Position numbers and translations under genes: made by a program
Notes under the pieces: model-generated
Databases searched by the model: none
Told to the model about the DNA's origin: nothing
Seen by the model: only the letters and a program-made list of their open reading frames with translations
Assembly: GCA_041662665.1 (NCBI GenBank)
Contig: JBAZSC010000002.1
Span: 165,234-229,233 of the forward strand
Reading direction: 5' to 3'
DNA: 64,000 bases
Source: Patescibacteria group bacterium
GTDB lineage: Bacteria > Patescibacteriota > JABMPQ01 > JAQVVF01
Part shown: piece by piece, positions 48,216 to 58,300 of the stretch
Position numbering within the stretch: position 1 is the first letter of the stretch
Layout: each line of letters opens with the position of its first letter

Positions 48216-49302
48216 GTATTTTTCCCGCTAAATTATAAAACCAATACCAAGCTTTTTTATACACTAGATCCCAAGCTCCCACATAATTTTTTTCAAATCC
48301 ACCAAACCCACGTTTAAATCTCGAAATTCCTTCCCATTCCTCAACTTTTGCTGTTGGCATAACTAATTTATTTGCAGGTGCTATTCCCCAAAAATCATAG
48401 TATTTACAACCTCTTGCTTTTGCTTCTTTAATCGCTTCCCATTGCAAAACATTAGGCGCCATGTATTTTCGATATTCATAATCTGATGCTCCATGCATGT
48501 ATACCGCAGTATCGCCCCAAAAAGAAACAATAATTCCAGCCACAACTTTTCCATTCAATTCTGCCAAAAATAAATTAATAAAATCTTTCTTGCCAAAATA
48601 TTCTAATTGCTTAATATAATAATCTTTTGGATGCAAAGCAAATTTATCTCTTGCAGCTGTCTTTTCCAAAATCTTCCAAAATTCTTCAAACTTAGTATCT
48701 TTAATTCCATCAACACTAGAATATCTATTTACTTTGATATCTTTTTTTTGCGCCAATCTAATATTGTATCTCGCCTTACTATGCATTGACGACATCAATT
48801 CATCTTCATTTTTACTTAAATCCAAAATCCAAGTATCTTTTGGCTGAACTTCTTTTTTTGCTTTTTTAAATCCTAAATCACTCAAAAATTTTACATTCAC
48901 TTCATCCATTTGCCAGTCAGGATCAATCCTTAAAAACATCGATTTTTCCTGTTTAGCAATTCGTCCAATCTCGTCCAAAAGGTTTGTAATTTGAGTTTTG
49001 TAATTTGTAATTTGTTTGGAATTTGGGATTTGGAATTTAGGATTTCCAATAATTGGTCCGCGACCACAATATAAATAATGCAAATTTTTCGTTAAATCCA
49101 TTTTTACAATTAAGCTACTTCCAATTAATTCATTATTTTCTTCCAATCCAATCCGCCAAATTTTTCTGCCTACCATTTTCTGAAATTCTCCCCAATCAAA
49201 ACTCTGCAACATTGATCCATTATTTTGCTTTAAAAAAATATTTAATTTTTCATGATCTTTTATTTCAACAACTTGCATTATCAATTTTATTAATTTTACC
49301 AA
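48205..49302 (-). CDS. FemAB-family peptidoglycan interpeptide-bridge aminoacyltransferase-like protein with an in-frame repeat insertion
   Basis: The overall FemX/FemA pattern is present (LQSFDWGEFQ...FLRIDP...MHSKARYNIR...YMAPNVLQWEAIKEAKARGCKYYDFWGI). The repeat caaattacaaattacaaa... encodes IGNPKFQIPNSKQITNYKTQITNL. Confidence 0.7.
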   Translation of the reverse strand: MVKLIKLIMQVVEIKDHEKLNIFLKQNNGSMLQSFDWGEFQKMVGRKIWRIGLEENNELIGSSLIVKMDLTKNLHYLYCGRGPIIGNPKFQIPNSKQITNYKTQITNLLDEIGRIAKQEKSMFLRIDPDWQMDEVNVKFLSDLGFKKAKKEVQPKDTWILDLSKNEDELMSSMHSKARYNIRLAQKKDIKVNRYSSVDGIKDTKFEEFWKILEKTAARDKFALHPKDYYIKQLEYFGKKDFINLFLAELNGKVVAGIIVSFWGDTAVYMHGASDYEYRKYMAPNVLQWEAIKEAKARGCKYYDFWGIAPANKLVMPTAKVEEWEGISRFKRGFGGFEKNYVGAWDLVYKKAWYWFYNLAGKIRVR

Positions 49303-49321
49303 TTTTACAAACGTTAGGTTT

Positions 49322-49882
49322 TTATCTTCCTAGATATTTTAACGCTTCTCTAATCTGCTCTTGCAACGCCAATTTAGAATCAACTTTTTTCAAAGCCTCG
49401 CTTAAATCATCACGTTTATATCCCAAACTTACCAAACTATCTGCTAAATCTTTATTCTCACAAAAATCAAAATTATCATCACAAGTTCCTAATTTATCTT
49501 TCAATCCAAAACAAATTTTTTCTGCCATTTTTTTGCCAATTCCAGGAACGCTTGTCAAAAAATCCAACTTTTTATTAATAATTGCCGATTTTACTTGATC
49601 AGCTGGACCAGTTGATAAAATTGCAATTGCCTTTTTTGGACCAACACCTGAAACAGAAATAATTTTTTCAAAAAAATTCAATTCATTGCAATTTTCAAAT
49701 CCAAATAGATCATTCATATTCTCGCCTAAATGCTGGAAAATAAAAAATTCTTGTTCTCTGTTAATTTCTGTTTTTAACAAGACTTTTGCTGACAAAAAAA
49801 TTTTATAACCAATATTATTTACATTAAGAATTATAAAATTATTTCCCTTAAATATAATTTTTCCAAATAAATAAGCAATCAT
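49322..49882 (-). CDS. ruvA: Holliday junction branch migration protein RuvA
   Basis: The N-terminus MIAYLFGKI...NNIGYKIFLS is OB-fold domain I, followed by HhH motifs. Confidence 0.85.
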   Translation of the reverse strand: MIAYLFGKIIFKGNNFIILNVNNIGYKIFLSAKVLLKTEINREQEFFIFQHLGENMNDLFGFENCNELNFFEKIISVSGVGPKKAIAILSTGPADQVKSAIINKKLDFLTSVPGIGKKMAEKICFGLKDKLGTCDDNFDFCENKDLADSLVSLGYKRDDLSEALKKVDSKLALQEQIREALKYLGR

Positions 49883-50030
49883 TATTTTAAAAAAATTAGA
49901 ACAAAAAACTGCTTCTTTATCTTAGCAGATTTTAAACACTTCTGCCAGAATTTATACAAAACAAAAACACCTCTAAATAGGTGTCAAAAAAATGAACGAA
50001 CTTCTTAAGATATTTTTCATCTTCAAAAAT

Positions 50031-50786
50031 TTAGGAACAAGCCTGCATATTCAAACTCAACTGAGTTCCAGAACTATTATCATTTTTATCATCATTATCA
50101 TCAACAGCGTCGTCGTCGTCATCGTTATCTTCTTCATCATCATTCACAACCTTCGGACGTTCAAGATTGATTTCTGCCAAAGAAATATCTCGTCCAAACT
50201 CATAAACAACATCAGCTTGTCTTCTCAATTCCTGATGCAAGAAGAAAGAATACATGCAAACAATTCGATAGACACTCTTACCTTTGTATTGATTAATCAA
50301 GCTAAAGGTAATTGCAAAATTCCGACTACCTGAAACCAAAACAAGATGAGTGATTTCACCATAAAAAGCATTTGCCAACATCAATGATGCAATTGCTGTA
50401 TCTGTACCATATACATCTTCTGTCTCCATTTGAAAACCCATGCCTATCTTTTCAAAATCAAAGTGAAGTGCACTCGCAAACGATGTTTCAGTCTTTTTTT
50501 CATTTACTACCAAAATAACTCTGCAATCTTTATATTCAAGGCACATCTTTTCACAAATCTTCTGAGCCAAAACTACCAAATCAATCCGGAATCTTCTTCT
50601 TGCACATGCATTTAAAATTGACCTTGCATCCATCACGATCAATGCTTTTCCTACGATTTTCCCACGCATCGGAACTCCTTCGTCAACCCTTCTTGCAATT
50701 GAGGGTTGACTAATCGATGGAAATATCTTAAAATTATAAAGATCAAGCGTACTCACTAATCTACCAGCTTTATCAAACACTGTCAA
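50031..50786 (-). CDS. NYN/LabA-like (PIN-related) domain protein with a poly-acidic C-terminal tail
   Basis: The segment ALIVMDARSILN...VILVVNEK...LVLVSGSRNF resembles NYN-domain cores. The tail is DDEEDNDDDDDAVDDNDD. Confidence 0.45.
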   Translation of the reverse strand: MTVFDKAGRLVSTLDLYNFKIFPSISQPSIARRVDEGVPMRGKIVGKALIVMDARSILNACARRRFRIDLVVLAQKICEKMCLEYKDCRVILVVNEKKTETSFASALHFDFEKIGMGFQMETEDVYGTDTAIASLMLANAFYGEITHLVLVSGSRNFAITFSLINQYKGKSVYRIVCMYSFFLHQELRRQADVVYEFGRDISLAEINLERPKVVNDDEEDNDDDDDAVDDNDDKNDNSSGTQLSLNMQACS

Positions 50787-50835
50787 GAGATTCGCCCAAA
50801 GTTATTATACAAAAAAATCAAGGATATTACTATAT

Positions 50836-52902
50836 ATGAAATTTAAATTAATCTCAAAATTCGAACCAAAAGGAGACCAGCCTCAAGCAATTGACAAGCT
50901 TTATAATAATCTTAAAAATAAACAAAAATTTCAAACTCTTCTTGGCGTAACAGGTTCAGGTAAAACCTTTACCATGGCCAAAGTGATCGAAAAAAATCAA
51001 AAACCAACTTTAGTTATTTGCCATAACAAAACATTAGCTGCTCAGCTCGCATCAGAATTCAAATCATTTTTTCCAGATAATGCTGTCCATTATTTTGTCA
51101 GTTTTTATGATTATTATCAGCCAGAATCTTACATGCCTGTTACTGATACTTATATTGCCAAAGATGCCAGTATTAATGAAGAAATTGAACGCCTCCGCCA
51201 TGCAGCCACAGAAAGCCTTTTAACTCGCAAAGATGTCATAATCGTAGCTTCAGTTTCTTGTATTTATGGTTTAGGCTCTCCAGCAGAATATCAAAAAGAA
51301 AGTATTAAATTAACCTTAAATGGAAAAATTGAATTACCAGATTTATTAAGACAGTTGACTTCAATCAATTACGAACGTGATCAATTCACTTTAAAACGCG
51401 GAACATTCCGAGTCCGTGGCGACATTGTTGATATTTTTCCTCCATATTCTATTAATGAAATTGTCAGAATTGAATTATTCGGCAATAAAATTGAAAAAAT
51501 TTCCAAAATAAACTACTTAACAGGAGAAATAATTAGAGATTCATTAGAGAAAAAGTATTCGAGCAACATTAGAGAAATAGTTATATTTCCAGCATCTCAT
51601 TACATCGCCCCACACGATAAATTTAACCAATCTCTAAAACAAATTTCACAAGACATGATTTTAGAAGTTGAAGAATTAAAAAAAAGAGGCAAAGAATTAG
51701 AAGCTCAAAGATTAAAACAAAGAACAGAATATGATTTAGAAATGCTAAAAGAAACAAGCTATTGTAATGGCATTGAAAATTATTCTCGCTATTTTGATGG
51801 AAGAAAACCAGGCCAGCCTCCATACACTTTAATGGATTTCTTTCCACAAGATTTTCTGATGTTTATTGATGAATCACATATGACAATTCCACAAATTGGC
51901 GGAATGTATTATGGTGATCGCGCCAGAAAAGAATCATTAGTTCAATATGGTTTTCGACTTCATTCAGCTTTTGATAATCGTCCATTAAAATTTAATGAAT
52001 TTGAAAAACATATTAATCAATGCATTTTTGTATCAGCTACTCCAGGACCATATGAATTTAGTCAAAGCAAAATTAAACAGAATTCGAGATCGCATTCGTC
52101 TAATTCGAGATTAAATTCGGGAATAGTTGAACAGATAATCAGACCAACAGGCTTAATCGACCCAAAGATTGATATTAAACCTACCAAAAATCAAATTGAT
52201 GATTTGTTAATCAGAATTCAAAACCGAATAAAAAATAAACAGCGAGTTTTAGTCACAACTTTAACCAAAAAATTGGCAGAAGAATTAACTGATTATCTAA
52301 AAGACCTAAATCTAAAAGTCGCCTATCTCCATTCTGACATTGCCACTTTAAAAAGATTAGAAATATTGCGAGATTTAAGACTTGGAAATTATAATGTTTT
52401 AGTTGGTATCAATCTATTGCGCGAAGGACTTGATTTGCCAGAAGTTAGCTTAGTTGCAATTCTGGATGCTGACAAAGAAGGCTTTTTGCGTTCTGAACAA
52501 GCCTTAATTCAGACAATGGGCAGAGCTGCTAGACACATTGATGGCCAAGTAATAATGTACGCTGATACAATTACTGGCTCCATGAAAAAAGCAATTTCTG
52601 AAACTAGCCGCCGTCGAAAAATTCAAGTTGAATACAATAAAAAACACCATATTACTCCAAAAACAATTGAAAAAGAAATCAAAGATGAAAGATTGGCTGG
52701 TCAAAAAAGCGAAGAAGAAATAGCTTCAAATGAAACAATAAAAATCGCTGCTGAAAAATCCGATCCTAAAAAAATAAAAATTTTAATTAAAGAATTGACT
52801 GACCAAATGAATTTATCAGCCAGAAATTTAGAATTTGAAGAAGCAGCAAAATTGAGAGATGAAATTAGAAATTTGCGAAAAGCCTTGCAAAAATTGCAAT
52901 AA
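50836..52902 (+). CDS. uvrB: Excinuclease ABC subunit B
   Basis: The motif GVTGSGKTFT is present, along with helicase motifs and a C-terminal UVR domain. An in-frame repeat is inserted (IKQNSRSHSSNSRLNSGIVEQ). Confidence 0.95.
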   Translation: MKFKLISKFEPKGDQPQAIDKLYNNLKNKQKFQTLLGVTGSGKTFTMAKVIEKNQKPTLVICHNKTLAAQLASEFKSFFPDNAVHYFVSFYDYYQPESYMPVTDTYIAKDASINEEIERLRHAATESLLTRKDVIIVASVSCIYGLGSPAEYQKESIKLTLNGKIELPDLLRQLTSINYERDQFTLKRGTFRVRGDIVDIFPPYSINEIVRIELFGNKIEKISKINYLTGEIIRDSLEKKYSSNIREIVIFPASHYIAPHDKFNQSLKQISQDMILEVEELKKRGKELEAQRLKQRTEYDLEMLKETSYCNGIENYSRYFDGRKPGQPPYTLMDFFPQDFLMFIDESHMTIPQIGGMYYGDRARKESLVQYGFRLHSAFDNRPLKFNEFEKHINQCIFVSATPGPYEFSQSKIKQNSRSHSSNSRLNSGIVEQIIRPTGLIDPKIDIKPTKNQIDDLLIRIQNRIKNKQRVLVTTLTKKLAEELTDYLKDLNLKVAYLHSDIATLKRLEILRDLRLGNYNVLVGINLLREGLDLPEVSLVAILDADKEGFLRSEQALIQTMGRAARHIDGQVIMYADTITGSMKKAISETSRRRKIQVEYNKKHHITPKTIEKEIKDERLAGQKSEEEIASNETIKIAAEKSDPKKIKILIKELTDQMNLSARNLEFEEAAKLRDEIRNLRKALQKLQ

Positions 52903-52942
52903 CGTGATAATCTAATGTTAATTATTAATTGTTAAATGTTAA

Positions 52943-53266
52943 TTGTTATATATGCCTATCAAACACGCAGCTAAAAAAGCTTTAAGAAAATCTAAGAGAC
53001 AACAAAAAGTAAACTTAGTCTGGAAAGACAAGATCAAAAAAATTACTAAAACTGTTCGAGAATTAGTCAGAGATAATAAAAAAGAAGAAGCTAAAAAAGA
53101 ATTAGCTACAGCTTACAAAATTTTTGACAAAGCTAGCAAAGCAAAAAAAATCAAGAAAAATACAGCTGACCGCAAAAAATCTAGATTAACAAAACTAGTA
53201 AATAAATCAGAAAAAGAAGTCAAAACAGAAGTTAAGAAAAAAGCAAAAAAAGTAGTAAAAAAATAA
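52943..53266 (+). CDS. rpsT: 30S ribosomal protein S20 with a Lys-rich extension
   Basis: The motif PIKHAAKKALRKSKRQQKVN is an S20 N-terminal pattern. The start is possibly at 52952. Confidence 0.7.
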   Translation: MLYMPIKHAAKKALRKSKRQQKVNLVWKDKIKKITKTVRELVRDNKKEEAKKELATAYKIFDKASKAKKIKKNTADRKKSRLTKLVNKSEKEVKTEVKKKAKKVVKK

Positions 53267-53280
53267 TTAAGATACAAAAA

Positions 53281-53308
53281 CAAGGCGTTAATTTCAGCCT
53301 TGTTTTTT
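53281..53308 (+). terminator. Rho-independent terminator after rpsT
   Basis: A hairpin CAAGGC-N10-GCCTTG is followed by TTTTTT. Confidence 0.6.
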
Positions 53309-53360
53309 AATTTTTGTAATTTGGAATTTGTAATTTGTTTGGGATTTGGAATTTGTAATT
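53301..53360. repeat. GTAATTTG/GGAATTTG tandem array (intergenic); the same family is inserted in frame in the femAB-like gene at 48961-49040
   Basis: The sequence is tttgtaatttggaatttgtaatttgtttgggatttggaatttgtaattt. Confidence 0.65.
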
Positions 53361-53363
53361 TTT

Positions 53364-54323
53364 TTATAGCTCAACAATGAATTTATCCATTTTCAACATA
53401 ATATCACCTTCACCATTTTTTAAATCTCGCTCAATTCTAAACAATTGATCATAAATATTTTTTAAATCAGCAATTTCAAAATTCTTAACAACATCTAAAG
53501 ATTTCAAAACTGCATATGGATGAATTTTTGCCATCTTTGCAATTTGATATTGATTAAAATTTTTGCTAGCCAGATCTTTAACTCTAATCATATTTCGAAA
53601 TTGAAAAACAATCATTGATAAAAAATAATTAAAATCACTATCAAAAACAAATTGCTCATGGAAAAGTTTTAAAGCATTTTTTTTATCTTTTCGACTTAGA
53701 CTTTCAGTAAAATTAAAAATATTTTCATCAATATTTGCACCTACTAACAAATCAATATCGGAAACAGAAATTTGTCTTTTTCCACCCTCGCCAACAACAG
53801 TATAAGCAATCAATTTATCAATTTCTTTATTTAATCTAAAAAGATCCGGACCAACAAAGCTCGCCAATTTATTTATCGCCATTTTATCTATTAATCCATT
53901 CCTCTTTTTTACTTCATTTTCTATCCATAAATTTACTTGAGAATAATTAAGCTGGTTAAAAACAAGAACCTGATCTGATTTTAATAATTTTTTAAATATT
54001 TTTTTTCGACTATCAATTTTTCCATTCTCAAAAAATATTACAATAAAATCTTTAGAAATATTTTTTTTATCAAGCAAATCAACAATTTTTTCCTGCAAAT
54101 CTTTTTTTGCTTTACTAATAATATTTTCAATGACAACCATTTTTTTATCGCTAAAAAAAGTGCTAGTTGAAACAGCTTGCTGTATTTTTAGCCAATCTAA
54201 ATTATTGTCAGAAAAATAAATAAAATTCAAACCTGATTTATCAGTCTTTATAAAATTATTTTTAATTTCATTCAATTTTTGGCGAGCTAAAAATTTATCC
54301 TCGCCATAAATAAATATTGTCAT
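53364..54323 (-). CDS. holA: DNA polymerase III subunit delta
   Basis: The size (319 aa) fits, and the N-terminus IFIYGEDKFLARQKLNEIK and overall helical C-terminus resemble HolA. Confidence 0.65.
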   Translation of the reverse strand: MTIFIYGEDKFLARQKLNEIKNNFIKTDKSGLNFIYFSDNNLDWLKIQQAVSTSTFFSDKKMVVIENIISKAKKDLQEKIVDLLDKKNISKDFIVIFFENGKIDSRKKIFKKLLKSDQVLVFNQLNYSQVNLWIENEVKKRNGLIDKMAINKLASFVGPDLFRLNKEIDKLIAYTVVGEGGKRQISVSDIDLLVGANIDENIFNFTESLSRKDKKNALKLFHEQFVFDSDFNYFLSMIVFQFRNMIRVKDLASKNFNQYQIAKMAKIHPYAVLKSLDVVKNFEIADLKNIYDQLFRIERDLKNGEGDIMLKMDKFIVEL

Positions 54324-54407
54324 ATCAGCCCATTTTATCTTTTTAAGTAAATTTTGTAAACAATAAAAAACTCCTCAGTTTTTACTAAGGAGCTTAATCA
54401 ACTTAAA

Positions 54408-54740
54408 TTATTTTTCTCTCCATTTTCCTTCTAAAACACTAGCTATATCATCCAATACATCAACAAGCTTTCTATTTGAATATTCAGGATGCCCCTCAAT
54501 TTCAGGAGTCATTATATCTAGTGACTTTCCATTAAACTTTAAATCACTATAATTAGCTTTTAATTTGTCCAAATCTTTAATAATCGTCTGCTTTTCGACC
54601 TCATCCTTATTTAACAGAACTTTATCAAGCGCTTTGACTGTATCTTTAAGTTCACCTTCCAACAGACCTATTTCACGTGCTTGATCTTTTTCATCTTTTA
54701 TTCCCAAATCTTCTGGGCTTGGTCCTTCATTTTCTACCAT
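54408..54740 (-). CDS. Hypothetical protein
   Basis: The 110-aa acidic ORF has no recognisable motif. Confidence 0.4.
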   Translation of the reverse strand: MVENEGPSPEDLGIKDEKDQAREIGLLEGELKDTVKALDKVLLNKDEVEKQTIIKDLDKLKANYSDLKFNGKSLDIMTPEIEGHPEYSNRKLVDVLDDIASVLEGKWREK

Positions 54741-54851
54741 AAATTTTTGTATTAATTAATAATAATTTTAAAAATTTTTTGTTATTTTTAATTTCTAATT
54801 TATCATTTACATTTTACCCCCCCCTATTATTTGTAAAGCCAGCACCTGTGG

Positions 54852-54879
54852 ATAAAAAAACGAACTACAAGAGTTCGTT
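54852..54879 (-). terminator. Intrinsic terminator downstream of small ORF 54897..55085
   Basis: On the minus strand, a perfect 8-bp stem AACGAACT-CTTGT-AGTTCGTT is followed by TTTTTTT. Confidence 0.6.
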
Positions 54880-54896
54880 ATAAACAAAGAACAAAA

Positions 54897-55085
54897 TTAC
54901 ACACCGTAAAAACCAGTTGACTCAGTAATAGGCTTCCTATTAGGATCACGTGTTGTGTCAACAAAAGTCACACAAATTCTCAAGTTATTTCTACCATCAA
55001 TCACCAATCCCTGCTTTTTTGCTTCCACATTTCGAGATTCATTTTCCAGCAAGTACGTAAGCAACAATCTTTTCAGTGCTCTCAT
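54897..55085 (-). CDS. Small hypothetical protein (62 aa) preceded by a conserved leader motif and terminator hairpin
   Basis: The ATG at 55085 is preceded by the RBS GAGGAGGGAAGGAAG, and the product is MRALKRLLLTYLL.... The ORF-track start at 55136 adds 17 aa that overlap the RBS and are unlikely. Confidence 0.45.
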   Translation of the reverse strand: MRALKRLLLTYLLENESRNVEAKKQGLVIDGRNNLRICVTFVDTTRDPNRKPITESTGFYGV

Positions 55086-55120
55086 CTTCCTTCCCTCCTC
55101 TTCTGGTCTGTGGCCAAGGT

Positions 55121-55214
55121 GCAAAATAAAGAACAAAAAACCACTGACTGCAGTGGATTGTTTCTTTGCTTTTTAATTTAGGCAATCAAACAATTCACCG
55201 CTGTCCGTGGCTAA
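55121..55214 (-). promoter_or_regulatory. Conserved leader element: motif TTAGCCACGGACAGCGGTG, spacer, GC hairpin CCACTGCAGTCAGTGG and T-run (candidate attenuator or small RNA); paralogous to 59826..59911
   Basis: The two copies are about 75% identical over some 45 nt, and each ends in a CCAC...GTGG hairpin followed by a T-run on the minus strand. Confidence 0.35.
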
Positions 55215-55370
55215 AAAAGAAAAAATATCTATTTGTTAGTATATTCTTTTTCATCAAATTAAATATAATCTAATAAAAATAATTAGTCAAGATTTTATTA
55301 TCAACCAAAAAAAATTAAAAAATATAAAAAACAGGCATTTTGTTTTTGCCTGTTTCATAATTTTTAATCT

Positions 55371-58300
55371 TTATTCAAAAAAGAAATCTTGACTATCCGA
55401 TGTTTCAGAATTTGTTAAATTAGATAAAGCATTTTTCTCAGCAATCACGAATTTAATCTTTTTCAATGTTCTAAAATAGAAAGATGGAGCAAATGGTCTG
55501 TTCTTTGTTTTAATATCTAGCGGATTTGGAATTGGATTCTTTGGAGGTTTTACTAGATAATTTCTAATTTTAAATTTCAGAGTATGAGTTGTTTTGTTTT
55601 GATATATTCTGTATGGTCCTCGCCAGATGTTGTCTCTGTCTTTGATGAATAATCTTAAATTCTTTTCTTTAATATTTGTCTTGTTTAATTTTGTCTTGGA
55701 ATATCTAACTGAAACTCTGAAATTAATATGTTTATTAACATTTTTTTGATAAGCTTTTTTGACTGTGCCGATATTTGATAATAGTTTTAAATAACCAGGA
55801 TAGCTGTTCTTCTTAGTAAATCCATTTAGATGTTTCTTCTTGTTTCTGATTAATTTAATGTAGAGATCTTTGATTACTTTTTGTTTTGGAAGAAGATAGA
55901 AAAGAAGATCTGCATTATCTGTAACGCTTTGATAGGTTTGATTTAGAATTACGTTTTCTAAATTAAGTTTTTCGGTAAAAAGAATGGCTGAAATGATAAC
56001 ATAGTTTTCTGTTTTGATACTTTCTGTATGGCCTAAAATGTCAACTGAAAAGAATTTAAGTGTTGCTGTTTCAGAAATTGTAATTGGCGTTGTGTATTGT
56101 GTTGATAACGTAGTTGGATCTATACCATCAAGTGTATAATATGTTATTGCTGTTTCATCTGTTGTTAAAGTTACAGCTTGAGCGTTATCGTATGTTCCAC
56201 CAGCTGGAGTAGCAGTTGTTACTGGTGCTTCTGTATCAATGATAACAGAACCAGTTGCTGACCAATCAGATATATTGTCAGCTATATCTACTGCATTGAC
56301 TCTAAAATACCAAGTACCATCAATCAAAGAAATTGTATGAGTAAAAGAGTTTGCTATTGCAGTTGAGATATTCAAATCACAACCAATAAAGCTTGAATTA
56401 TCGCACCATTGTACATTGTAAGCTGGATCACCTAGTCCTGAAGTTGTATCTGTTGATGCTGTCCATGTCCATTCTGGCTTGTTATTATTAGTTGGTGAGG
56501 TTGTTATAGGATCACCTGGAATTGAAGGAGGTGTTGTGTCAATTTGAACTAGATAACTGTTGTAATTGTTAGATGGATCATTATCAAGATTAACAGCGAT
56601 CGTATGAATATACCAAACTCCATCTGAAGGAACAGTTGCAGTAAATATGCCATCTGCATCAAAAGTACCAGCAAGTACTTCAACTTGAGTTGGTGTTGAA
56701 TTTTGAGAAACTAGATAATGATAATTTGTTGTAGAAGATCCATTGGATGATAATGACATATCAACTAATGCATCTGAATACCAAGTAACATGGGATGGAT
56801 GAGATGATGATGTAAATGTTGGATCTGGTGGTGTAACATATTCATACGCTCCCATATCATAATAGTCTACTGCACCTGCTCCTGTATTTACTACATCTGG
56901 ATCATCATATCTTTGCTTGCCAGCATAGTCAGTGGCAATATCTGTGTCGTAACCAGCATCGATGGCTGGAGAATCAGATTGAAGATGAAAGTCCGATCCA
57001 AAAGTTACAAATTTTGGATCAGTTATAATACTGCCTGTTCCACCTTCATTAGATGAATTATAGTAATCATTATATGAAATACTTTGTGTTCCAGCAGTAC
57101 TCGACAACACATCCGTAATGTTATAAAAAATATCATCTTTAAGATTAAGCGTTCCACCGCTCTGATTGATAAAAATACTTCCTGCAGAAGCTCTCCAAAA
57201 AACACTGTTATAAATATTAGCTGTCCCGCCAGCGAGTGTTATAAATGTTGTAGGAGCAATATTCATCACCTTTGATGCTATATTCAATGTTCCGTTGGTC
57301 ACAGTAAACGTGTTTGATGCGCCCATTGTTGGAGTATCAACAAGAGTGAGAGTTCCACCAGGAGCGTTAAGAGTTAAATTTTTTCCCCAAGTATTACCAT
57401 TTGTAGTCAGAGTATAAGATGATCGCCCTTCGAAAGTATACAATTGTGTCGATGCCGAAAACGTCCAGCTTGCAACAGGAGCAAGGGTCAGCGATCCAAA
57501 TATACTTGTAGCAGTACTTGTTGTGAAAGTCGGATTATTCGTAATGCCAGATTCTCCATTTAAACCTAAAAAAGTGGTAGTCGATATACGAGGCATATCC
57601 TGTATCAAAGTCATTCCTGTTGAACCAAAAGATGCCGAATCAAAAATAGCTGTGTCTTGACAAAGAGGCACGCGGCCAGCACCACCAATACCTCCAGAAG
57701 ATAGATACCAATTACCATCAGTACTCCAATTATTGCTAGCCCCGCTTAACTTGTACCAATATTGAGGAGTAGATGTTGTAAATAAAATACTGGAATTACC
57801 ACCACAATCCCCGCTTCTACCCGAAATATTACTCAGATCGTTCATAGATGCTAATTCCCATGTAACGGCAGAATAAATAGTATTAGCAATAGCTGCATAT
57901 CCAGCAGCAGACGGATGTAAATGATCACCATTATCATAAATTGGAAGAAGTTTATCCGGATCTGATGGATCTTCTAGAGCAGTATAAGTTTCAGCAACTA
58001 TATCCACGTCTGTAGCGCTATTTTGAATCCAATCATTGATCTGATCAGTTTTAATCTGTGCTGCTTCATACCACTCTGAATGTCCTTTCCATGGTGTTAT
58101 TTTTGCGGCAATTACAGTGAGACCTGCAGTTTTTAACGCGGTATACATGCTTTGCAGATTAGATTCAGTGCTCGCCACACTGTATCCGCTGCGTATGTCA
58201 TTCACTCCACCTAATACAATCGCATAACGAACATTCTGCAAGCTTGTGATAGAAGAAATTCTAGCAAGCATCGCATCGGTCTTTTGCCCATCGACACCAA

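Noticed and set aside
49992-50333. Plus-strand ORF with an IIIIIN/VVVV run
   Set aside because: It is antisense to the poly-acidic tail (GAT/GAC repeats) of the NYN-like gene.
12301-53360. Tandem repeat arrays as CRISPR
   Set aside because: The units are 7-17 bp and directly adjacent or irregularly spaced. There are no spacers of about 30 bp of unique sequence, and there are no cas genes.
54955-55176. Plus-strand ORF of 73 aa
   Set aside because: It is antisense to small ORF 54897..55085 and its leader. It has no RBS and spans a terminator hairpin.
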